Sequence record: SRR31156797_1282
DNA: 46,596 nt
Reading direction: 5' to 3' (one strand)
In this document: in pieces, positions 39,496 through 46,596 of the stretch
Layout of the letters: every line of letters begins with the position of its first letter
Position numbering within the stretch: position 1 is the first letter of the stretch
Made by a program: the position numbers and the translations under genes
The notes under the pieces: model-generated
Told to the model about the DNA's origin: nothing
Seen by the model: the letters and a program-made list of their open reading frames with translations, nothing else
Database searches by the model: none

Positions 39496-40047
39496 TCAAA
39501 TCCTAGGGGTCCAGGGAATTTCTTTAGCTTTGAAATCTTTTGAAAGCTTCCTACTGAGCACAAATAAATAGTCGGAAAGGCGATTAAGATACTTAATAAC
39601 CATACGCGCACCTGCGAACTCTTCCTGTACCTGTAGGGCAATCCGTTCAGCTCTCCGACATACACAACGAGCTACATGAGCAGCTGAAACAACTGGATGT
39701 CCTCCTGGTAGAACAAATGAAGTCAATGGTGGTAATGACTCGTCCATTTTATCCATTTCTTTTTCCAGGAATACAATATCAGTACTGTACATTTCTGGAA
39801 TTTTCACGTCACAATCATCGCAATCAGTAGCCATAATTGCAGAACAGGTCATCAGTCGATCTTGAATTTCTATGAGCGACTCTTTTGTATGCTTATCTAC
39901 TTTTTTATAATCTCTAATCACTCCAATATGAGCAATTAATTCATCTACAGTACCATAAGCCTCAATTCTAAGGTGATATTTTGGAACACGTTTCCCGCCA
40001 ATTAAAGCAGTTGTGCCGTCATCACCCGTTTTTGTATAAACTTTCAT
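39496..40047 (-). CDS. pduO: PduO-type ATP:cob(I)alamin adenosyltransferase
   Basis: VYTKTGDDGTT, EAYGTVDEL, FVLPGG, ARCVCRRAER, YLNRLSDYLF. Confidence 0.93.
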   Translation of the reverse strand: MKVYTKTGDDGTTALIGGKRVPKYHLRIEAYGTVDELIAHIGVIRDYKKVDKHTKESLIEIQDRLMTCSAIMATDCDDCDVKIPEMYSTDIVFLEKEMDKMDESLPPLTSFVLPGGHPVVSAAHVARCVCRRAERIALQVQEEFAGARMVIKYLNRLSDYLFVLSRKLSKDFKAKEIPWTPRI

Positions 40048-40193
40048 ATAATTATTTTTTTAATTTCAATAGTTATTTCAAACCTCTATTCCAACAACTC
40101 TATTTATTATGCGATTATTACACATATAAACAAGTTTTGTTCTTGTTTGCAAATAAAACAGGGAAAAAATGTAAATATTTTCTTCAAATCAAT

Positions 40194-40985
40194 TTAATAC
40201 CTAACTGTAAATGATTGTTTTACTTGCTTTCTGCCTAAGAAAATAATTCCCATTCGGAATAAATCTACTGTAACTTTTGCTCGTTCATCGCTTATAATAT
40301 CACGCCAGGCTTTAGTCATTCCAGAGGACCAATATATATCATCAATAATAATAATTCCTTGCTCAGAACATAAACTTACTGCCTGCCGGAAATTCTCCAT
40401 TGTGGCCTTATAAGTATGGTCTCCATCAATAAATATCAGATCAAATTTCGAGTCGTTTTCAAGCAATTGCTTAAGCTCTGACTGAAATTCGCCATGAATA
40501 GCATTAACGTTAGAAATTTTTAAATTTTGGAATAGTTGATTTGCAATCTGATAGCGCACCTCACTCCCTTCTATTGTAGTAATATCTATTTTGGGATTAG
40601 ACTTTGCCAATGTAGCAGTTGTAATTCCGCAGCATGTGCCAAGTTCAAGAAAGCTCTTTATATCATAATGACTTACAATACGATTAAACAAAGCTAAATA
40701 TTTACGTGGCGTACGACTTGTTCTGGCTAATCTATGAATGGTTCGATGCTTTAAAATGTTATTTGAACCGGCACCAAAACCCTCAATATCTTCTTCATTA
40801 TACTTACTTGCTATTTTTTTAAACTCGTCTCTGATTGATTTATATGATCTATCTACTTTAGTTTTAAGTAAAATATTCCGAATAAAATCATAGACGAAGG
40901 GGGAATGGATGCCATATCCACGTCTGTGTTTTGCAATTAAAAAATATTTTATTCCTGCTTTAAACTGATGCCATTTCTTTATCAT
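40194..40985 (-). CDS. Class I SAM-dependent methyltransferase (O-methyltransferase/Methyltransf_24-like)
   Basis: GIHSPFVY, LELGTCCG, DLIFIDGDH, DDIYWS, VDLFRMGI. Confidence 0.85.
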   Translation of the reverse strand: MIKKWHQFKAGIKYFLIAKHRRGYGIHSPFVYDFIRNILLKTKVDRSYKSIRDEFKKIASKYNEEDIEGFGAGSNNILKHRTIHRLARTSRTPRKYLALFNRIVSHYDIKSFLELGTCCGITTATLAKSNPKIDITTIEGSEVRYQIANQLFQNLKISNVNAIHGEFQSELKQLLENDSKFDLIFIDGDHTYKATMENFRQAVSLCSEQGIIIIDDIYWSSGMTKAWRDIISDERAKVTVDLFRMGIIFLGRKQVKQSFTVRY

Positions 40986-40994
40986 ACATTTTGC

Positions 40995-41049
40995 TTAACG
41001 AACGATTAACATTTAGCTAATCTTTGATTATATCATATATCTAACTTTG
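40995..41049 (+). promoter_or_regulatory. Promoter of the PP2C phosphatase: 11-bp-period TTAAC-type repeats and -7 element TAACTTTG
   Basis: TTAACG (40995-41000), TTAACA (41006-41011), CTAATC (41017-41022), 19 nt, TAACTTTG (41042-41049). Confidence 0.5.
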
Positions 41050-41145
41050 CAATTAATAAATAAACTTACTCAGAACCGATTAATAGAAACTGAGTTTACT
41101 CAAAAAATTAAATTTCCATCCGAAGACCCGGAGAAATAATTACGG

Positions 41146-43149
41146 ATGATTATGCCAAAAATACAAATGTTTTCGCCACTTAGAAACAAACTTTTATTAT
41201 GGTTTTTGATATTCACATCAATTTCCATTTTTTTTATGTTAGCCATATGGTTTAGTGTGAACCGCGAAAAACAATATCGTGAGGTTTTGACATTAATTGG
41301 TGAGTATGAGAAGTTCTTTTATAAAGATGTAAATGCGGTTGATAATTTCTTGTATTACGAAACTTCTGACACCTTATACTACATTAAAGGCAAAAGTGAA
41401 TATCTGGCATTACATGATCAAATTCAGGATTCATTAAATGCAGGATTCAGTAAACTAATTAATCTCGATAGAATCAAAAGATTTCCAATACACTCTAAAA
41501 TCTCAAACCTTAAACAAAAACTATATAGCTATGATTCTATTGTTAATTTAATAGCCGGTAAAACATTTCGTCGGGGCTTTAAAGATTATGGCTTAGTTGG
41601 TCGCATGAGAGAACATGCCCACCTACTCGAGAATTACGATAACTATGTAGATCAGAGGCTTTTACTTAACATGAGAAGAAGAGAAAAAGATTACTTTTTA
41701 AGATATGAAAAAGCCTATGTGGTGCAATTTAGAGAAATTGGGAATAAACTAAACTACAAAATAAATAGCAATACTAAAATTAGTTTATCCAAAAAGCGAG
41801 AACTCAACAATGCACTCTTTAATTACATGAATATTTTCGACAAAATTGTTCAACTGGATGATGAAATTGGAGCTCAATCTCATAAAGGTCTTGCTTTAGA
41901 ATACTTTAAAGTAAAAAATAACCTTCAAAACTACTTTGGATTAATTGTTAACCAAACCACCGAACGTAAAAACCAGCTTAGCAATCAACTTCAACTCTAT
42001 TTTTTAGTAGTGAGTGTAATCATGATACTCATCAGTATTGCTGCAAGCTTATTAATTTCAAAGAAAATTACAGAACCACTTCGAAAACTTTCAGCGTATA
42101 TCAATGAATTCATAAAAACTGATTTCCGACCTCAAAATGATTACAAACCTTTAGGCGATAGAAATGAAGTGGGAAGATTATCCAGGAATTTTTACATTCT
42201 AAAACAGGAAATAGAGGATAATATCCAATATTTCCAGGAAAAAGTAGATGCTAGAACAGCAGAAATAATGCATCAAAAAGATGAAATTGAGAATCAAAAA
42301 GAAGAAATTCGTGTGCAAAGAGATATTCTCCAACGCACTAATTCAACCATAGAAAAGCAAAAAGAAGTATTGGAGGTTCAGAATAAAAACATCATTTCCA
42401 GCATTAGATATGCAGAGAGAATACAAAGTGCATTGCTCACTGACATCAACTCCGTAAAAGACATATGGAAAGAATCATTTGTATTTATTCAGCCCAAAGA
42501 TATTGTAAGTGGCGATTTCTATTTTATTGACACCGTTCGCAAACCGGAATGCAATCAAATTGTATTTACAGCCATTGATTGCACGGGACATGGTGTACCA
42601 GGAGCTTTAATGAGTATTTTAAGCTACAATAGCCTCAAACAAACAATTCGTGAGCTCAAGCACACCAATCCGCTTTTTGTAGTTAGTTACATGAATAAAT
42701 TCATTTACGATGCATTGCACAATAACTCCCATCATAATGTGCAGGATGGATTAGACATGTCCTATGTGGTATTTACACCAGAGAAAATGGAAATAGAATA
42801 TATTGGTGTACAAATGCCATTGTATATCATTCGAAATGGTGAAATTATTGAACATAAAGGCTCCAGAATGATGTTAGGAAGCGAACCTGAGATTCCACGT
42901 AGAGTGAATAAAGAAACCATACAAGTTCAAAAGGGAGATATGATCTATCTTTTCTCAGATGGTTATGCGGATCAGTTTGGAGGCGCATCAGGTAAAAAAT
43001 TCAAAAAGAAGCAATTTAAACAATTACTTCTTGCTATAGCAGAAGACTCCGTTGACAACCAGCGTCAGGAATTAAGCGAAACCTTCGAAGACTGGCGTGG
43101 GAACTTCGATCAAATCGATGATGTATTGGTTATGGGATTCAGGGTATAG
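41146..43149 (+). CDS. Membrane sensor SpoIIE/RsbU-type PP2C protein phosphatase with helical periplasmic domain and HAMP
   Basis: TM1, helical sensor (GLVGRMRE...LLNMRRREKDYFLR), TM2, HAMP (TEPLRKL...NEVGRLSRNF), SIRYAERIQ, PKDIVSGDFY, DCTGHGVPGA, DGLD, FSDGYADQFGG, QIDDVLV. The exact start is uncertain (several nearby ATGs). Confidence 0.9.
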   Translation: MIMPKIQMFSPLRNKLLLWFLIFTSISIFFMLAIWFSVNREKQYREVLTLIGEYEKFFYKDVNAVDNFLYYETSDTLYYIKGKSEYLALHDQIQDSLNAGFSKLINLDRIKRFPIHSKISNLKQKLYSYDSIVNLIAGKTFRRGFKDYGLVGRMREHAHLLENYDNYVDQRLLLNMRRREKDYFLRYEKAYVVQFREIGNKLNYKINSNTKISLSKKRELNNALFNYMNIFDKIVQLDDEIGAQSHKGLALEYFKVKNNLQNYFGLIVNQTTERKNQLSNQLQLYFLVVSVIMILISIAASLLISKKITEPLRKLSAYINEFIKTDFRPQNDYKPLGDRNEVGRLSRNFYILKQEIEDNIQYFQEKVDARTAEIMHQKDEIENQKEEIRVQRDILQRTNSTIEKQKEVLEVQNKNIISSIRYAERIQSALLTDINSVKDIWKESFVFIQPKDIVSGDFYFIDTVRKPECNQIVFTAIDCTGHGVPGALMSILSYNSLKQTIRELKHTNPLFVVSYMNKFIYDALHNNSHHNVQDGLDMSYVVFTPEKMEIEYIGVQMPLYIIRNGEIIEHKGSRMMLGSEPEIPRRVNKETIQVQKGDMIYLFSDGYADQFGGASGKKFKKKQFKQLLLAIAEDSVDNQRQELSETFEDWRGNFDQIDDVLVMGFRV

Positions 43150-43226
43150 CATTCAATTCTGCTGAAATTTGATTTTGAACATTGAAAAACTACTAATAGT
43201 TGTATTTTAGTAGAAACAAATTTCGC

Positions 43227-44525
43227 ATGAAATTGAATAAAACCCTCATATTAAAAATAATCATATCGCTATACAGTTTAGCACTGATAGGATATACTGC
43301 TTACTCTGGTTATAAGGTATATGAATACACCAATTATTGTACGGTTTTAAAGGCTGAGTACAGCCAAATCAATGACATTTATTACGGCTTACTTTCTGTT
43401 GAAGCGTGGGAAGATCAAGTGCGAAATATCGTTGAAAAACAGATTAGGGGTTTTCAGCTCAACGAACAACACATGGATGTTTTTCGTGAAGAGATTGGCA
43501 AAGTGATCCATACTATCATGGATAAAGCTGAGGAAATGATAAACCGAAGTACCGGAAAAGGATGGAAAGGAGCACTCACTAAAATAGCAGTTACAGCATT
43601 TGTTGATATGGATAAACTGCGGGCTACAGTACCGGAATTTACGGAGGCCATATTAAAAACACTCACCAGACAAGAAAGCATAGATAAGTTTAAAAATATG
43701 GCGCTGGATAAGGTTCAGGAAATGAGTGAACAAACAGAGGGTCATTCAGCTAAAGAACTACTTGAAAGTACCTATAAAACATTCGGTGTAAGTTCAAAGG
43801 AGGAGTTCAATCGAAAAATTCATCGTGAGAGTGCAGCGCTACATAAAGAAGCCTATGCCCATGGACGCGTTATGGTTTTTATAGCAATCATATTCTTGCT
43901 TACATGGCTGGTGTTCCGAAAAAACAAAAACCTTAGAAGAACATTTTTGCTATTTGGTACCGGATTAGCACTCGTTATACTGGCCACCAGTGTAAGCACC
44001 CCAATGCTTGAAATTGATGCCCGCATCACAGAATTGAATTTCAAGTTAATGGGTGAAAATGTAAACTTTGAAGAGCAAATGATTTTCTATCAAAGCAAGA
44101 GTATATTGGATGTGGTTTCTCTTTTATTGCAAAGTAAACCTGTTGATGCTGTGTTTGTTGGCATCTTAATCCTTGCATTCAGCGTGATTATGCCGGCGAC
44201 CAAATTAATTACCCTTATCCTTTATGCATTAATGAAGAAAATCCGCAAATCTGCCTTTGTAAACTGGATAGCTTTCTGGTCAGGCAAATGGTCAATGGCT
44301 GATGTGATGGTAGTCGCCATTTTCATGAGTTATGTGGCTTTTGATGGCATAATTCAGAATCAGCTGAAACATATTGATCGGGAATCGGAAGCAGTAAAGG
44401 CCCTAACCACAAATAACACAGGCTTGCAAGCGGGATTTTTCCTATTTGTAACGTATGTATTGTTTTCGATGCTTTTATCTACGGTATTGAAAAGTTCGAT
44501 CAAAGAAGAAAAACTAACCGAATAA
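43227..44525 (+). CDS. pqiA: Paraquat-inducible protein A (PqiA)-family membrane protein with large N-terminal helical domain
   Basis: Start moved to ATG 43227. QSKSILD, FSVIMPATKL, GKWSMADVMVVAI, GFFLFVTYVLFS. Confidence 0.75.
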   Translation: MKLNKTLILKIIISLYSLALIGYTAYSGYKVYEYTNYCTVLKAEYSQINDIYYGLLSVEAWEDQVRNIVEKQIRGFQLNEQHMDVFREEIGKVIHTIMDKAEEMINRSTGKGWKGALTKIAVTAFVDMDKLRATVPEFTEAILKTLTRQESIDKFKNMALDKVQEMSEQTEGHSAKELLESTYKTFGVSSKEEFNRKIHRESAALHKEAYAHGRVMVFIAIIFLLTWLVFRKNKNLRRTFLLFGTGLALVILATSVSTPMLEIDARITELNFKLMGENVNFEEQMIFYQSKSILDVVSLLLQSKPVDAVFVGILILAFSVIMPATKLITLILYALMKKIRKSAFVNWIAFWSGKWSMADVMVVAIFMSYVAFDGIIQNQLKHIDRESEAVKALTTNNTGLQAGFFLFVTYVLFSMLLSTVLKSSIKEEKLTE

Positions 44526-45281
44526 ATAATCAAATACACCAAACATTTTAAGTGCACTGGCAACTAAAACTACCATTAAAAGGTAGCGAATAAAATTGGC
44601 CCCAATCCGTTTCGCATATTTAGAAGCAAAGAATGCCCCTGTCATATTTCCGGCGGCAAGAATTAATCCGGCCTCCCAATCTACCAGGCCTTCAAAAACA
44701 AACATCAGCAAAGCTAATGGAGTGTAAATCAAAACTATAAACACTTTAGCCGCATTGGCTCTCACCAAATCATATCCTACACCAAGGACTAACCCGGCCA
44801 ATAAAAAAAGCCCCACTCCTGCCTGAATAAAACCACCATAAGCACCAATTACGAAGAAAATAATAACCTGCCAGTGCATTTTCAATCCTTTAGCATCAGG
44901 CGCCTTTCCTTTAATCCAAGCCGATGGCTTAAAAATGAGTAAAAAGAACATAAAGATTAGCAGTGAAGCTATGGTATAGTGCAAGTATTTTTCATTGATC
45001 TCAATGGCAACAAATGCGCCTAAAATAGCCCCTAAAAAAGCCGCTGTAGCAATTTGCCAGGTCATTTTGAAGGAAATCAATTTTTGTTTTGAAAAGTTGC
45101 GAACTGCTACCATATTCTGCAGCACAATGGCCACCCTATTGGTTGCATTGGCCACATTGGCCGGATAACCCAGAAAAATTAGCATAGCCATTGCCAACAT
45201 ACTACCACTGGCTGCCAGTACATTAATAAAACCTGCGAAAAGCCCTACTCCTGCAATTAAAACATAATCAATCCACTCCAT
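44514..45281 (-). CDS. Sulfite exporter TauE/SafE family permease
   Basis: GLFAGFINVLA, ANATN, GAYGGFIQAGVG, ANAAK, about 8 TM segments. 12-bp tail-to-tail overlap with the pqiA-like gene. Confidence 0.88.
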   Translation of the reverse strand: MEWIDYVLIAGVGLFAGFINVLAASGSMLAMAMLIFLGYPANVANATNRVAIVLQNMVAVRNFSKQKLISFKMTWQIATAAFLGAILGAFVAIEINEKYLHYTIASLLIFMFFLLIFKPSAWIKGKAPDAKGLKMHWQVIIFFVIGAYGGFIQAGVGLFLLAGLVLGVGYDLVRANAAKVFIVLIYTPLALLMFVFEGLVDWEAGLILAAGNMTGAFFASKYAKRIGANFIRYLLMVVLVASALKMFGVFDYLFG

Positions 45282-45296
45282 AAACTAAAGTTTGGC

Positions 45297-45304
45297 CAAA
45301 GATA
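45297..45304 (-). promoter_or_regulatory. Bacteroidota -7 element (TATCTTTG)
   Basis: Exact TAnnTTTG match 15 bp upstream of the TauE ATG. Confidence 0.55.
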
Positions 45305-45329
45305 TAAAAATGAAAGCAGTATGAACAAT

Positions 45330-45463
45330 TTAAAATATCAGGAATGCACACACTCCAATTTAAAGTAAAGCCCCAATTACAGCACCTGTTACTCCACAAA
45401 AACCGTAAAACAAGACTCCAAAAAGTACGACAGCACCTAAATAAATGAGAAGCGCTTAAGCAT
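45330..45463 (-). pseudogene. Possible frameshifted small Gly-rich membrane peptide gene
   Basis: ATG CTT AA is followed, one base out of frame, by ALLIYLGAVVLFGVLFYGFCGVTGAVIGALL*IGVCAFLIF*. Confidence 0.3.
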
Positions 45464-45569
45464 TGGTTTGCTATAAGAATCCGGACTGTAGTATAATTTA
45501 ACTTTAGTTCCTTAAAAATATAATTAAGGGGCAAATAATTCCAATCAGAATATAAAATTCATTACAACA

Positions 45570-45589
45570 AACTAGATAGCAACTAGATA
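45570..45589 (+). repeat. Exact 9-bp direct repeat AACTAGATA with 11-bp period
   Basis: Copies at 45570-45578 and 45581-45589, upstream of the lipoprotein gene. Confidence 0.55.
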
Positions 45590-45666
45590 AAACAAATAAA
45601 ATCATTAAAAAATATTATATTTAACGGTTAAAAAATGGTATTCTTTACAAATCAAATTCAACAACT

Positions 45667-46434
45667 ATGAAACATTTCTTTAAATCCTCAATTTTATTAT
45701 TTTCCACACTGTTTGTTTTATCTTTTACTTCATGCAATAATGATGATAATGACGATGGCAATAACCTTCCGCATCCTGTTGGAGTTGCAGATTATGGGCA
45801 CAGCGACAATTATGAAATTTATGGCAAAGTAACCGACGAGCAGGGAAATCCCGTTCAAAGTCTCCTAATAAATGTCCAAACAGACAGAGTTTTTGTGGGA
45901 GATATAATGGTGTATACCGATGCTGAAGGAAATTACCGTTTTACAGGATTACCCGCATGGAGTCAGGATATTCAACCGGGCGAAATGATTGTACAAACGG
46001 ACTCTGACTGGGACACTTACGAGCGGGTACTTTATTGGCTATTGCAAAGTAAACAAACAAATAACACAAGAAATGCAATTGAGCAAGACATGACAGTACG
46101 CAACGTGGTTCCAGGCACAATAATTACAGGAACTATTCTGGATACTGATAATAGTCCCATTCCACAAACCTATTTATTGGGCACAAATCTGAACATTAGC
46201 AGTAACCAGCAAGGACCTGCATTTAACTTAACTGATTTATCAACTGATAATGAGTATTTTACTTATGATGAATCTACAGGAACCTATGCTTACAAAAACT
46301 GCCTTGCCGGGGGAACTTATATGTTTCACCTAAACGCAAACGGGTATGATTGGGAGAATGCAGGCGCCACAATTAATGCCACACCGGGAGAAACAACTAC
46401 TTTTAATATTGTAATGACTCCTATTGGGAAATGA
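45667..46434 (+). CDS. Lipoprotein with two carboxypeptidase-regulatory-like (transthyretin-like beta-sandwich) domains
   Basis: Lipobox FTSC followed by acidic NNDDNDD, IYGKVTDEQGNPV...TDAEGNYRF, and ITGTILDTDNSPI...GTY...ANGY. Confidence 0.78.
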   Translation: MKHFFKSSILLFSTLFVLSFTSCNNDDNDDGNNLPHPVGVADYGHSDNYEIYGKVTDEQGNPVQSLLINVQTDRVFVGDIMVYTDAEGNYRFTGLPAWSQDIQPGEMIVQTDSDWDTYERVLYWLLQSKQTNNTRNAIEQDMTVRNVVPGTIITGTILDTDNSPIPQTYLLGTNLNISSNQQGPAFNLTDLSTDNEYFTYDESTGTYAYKNCLAGGTYMFHLNANGYDWENAGATINATPGETTTFNIVMTPIGK

Positions 46435-46538
46435 AACCAGAAATTAGAAAAATTTAGAATCTTCTGCTAAAGCAGGTACTTGTAAGGAAATTGCTATAAT
46501 AAACATTACAAATTATAGAAATAATGAGCACACTAAAA

Positions 46539-46596
46539 CTATTGCGTTTTCCTTACATCTTTTGCTACTTCCATTACAGGTCTTCTTTCTAGTTCA
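46539..46596 (-). CDS. Possible 3' end of a gene entering from beyond the window
   Basis: Open frame ...ELERRPVMEVAKDVRKTQ* ending at TAG 46539-46541. Too short to confirm. Confidence 0.25.
   Translation of the reverse strand, partial: ELERRPVMEVAKDVRKTQ

Noticed and set aside
39366-40193. Cobalamin riboswitch near the adenosyltransferase
   Set aside because: No B12-box or conserved core is seen. The intergenic DNA is extremely AT-rich with only a small AAACAAG/CTTGTTT hairpin.
44514-44525. Tail-to-tail overlap of pqiA-like and tauE genes
   Set aside because: A 12-bp convergent overlap is common and needs no special explanation.
45268-45534. 88-aa Cys-rich ORF from the track as a candidate RiPP or metal-binding peptide
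   Set aside because: It has a TTG start, overlaps the tauE start and promoter, and has no modifying enzymes nearby. The Cys/Trp content is explained as an off-frame reading of the Gly/Val-rich frame.

Overview
AT-rich chromosomal window from a Bacteroidota bacterium, probably a Bacteroidales-type organism. The assignment rests on repeated TAnnTTTG -7 promoter elements, a T9SS C-terminal sorting domain, a TonB-receptor/DUF4249 pair, DUF2795 and the guaB-PPIase-PPIase-surA-moxR-ostA cluster. It is densely coding, with about 33 CDS. Most are housekeeping or envelope genes (argS, pyk, ppx, ppk1, guaB, PPIases, adenosyltransferase). I saw no rRNA, tRNA, CRISPR array, transposase or phage genes. 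The best candidate for an undescribed system is a tandem pair of ~985-aa membrane receptors at 9186-15272. Each reads dCache-HAMP-GAF-(Glu/Gln-rich coiled coil)-PAS-coiled coil-bacteriohemerythrin and has no recognisable enzymatic or MCP output domain. An M14 carboxypeptidase lipoprotein follows them after a 1-bp gap, and an FAD/Fe-S dehydrogenase is transcribed divergently. Other items of interest are a GNAT-RLAN-RimK fusion, matching Pho-box-like repeats upstream of ppk1-ppx and of an HBM-like sensor PP2C phosphatase, a LytTR-type repeat before a beta-solenoid T9SS cargo, orphan GroES/PqiA/histidine kinase genes, and several structured intergenic regions. All domain calls are from motif recognition by eye; no searches were run.
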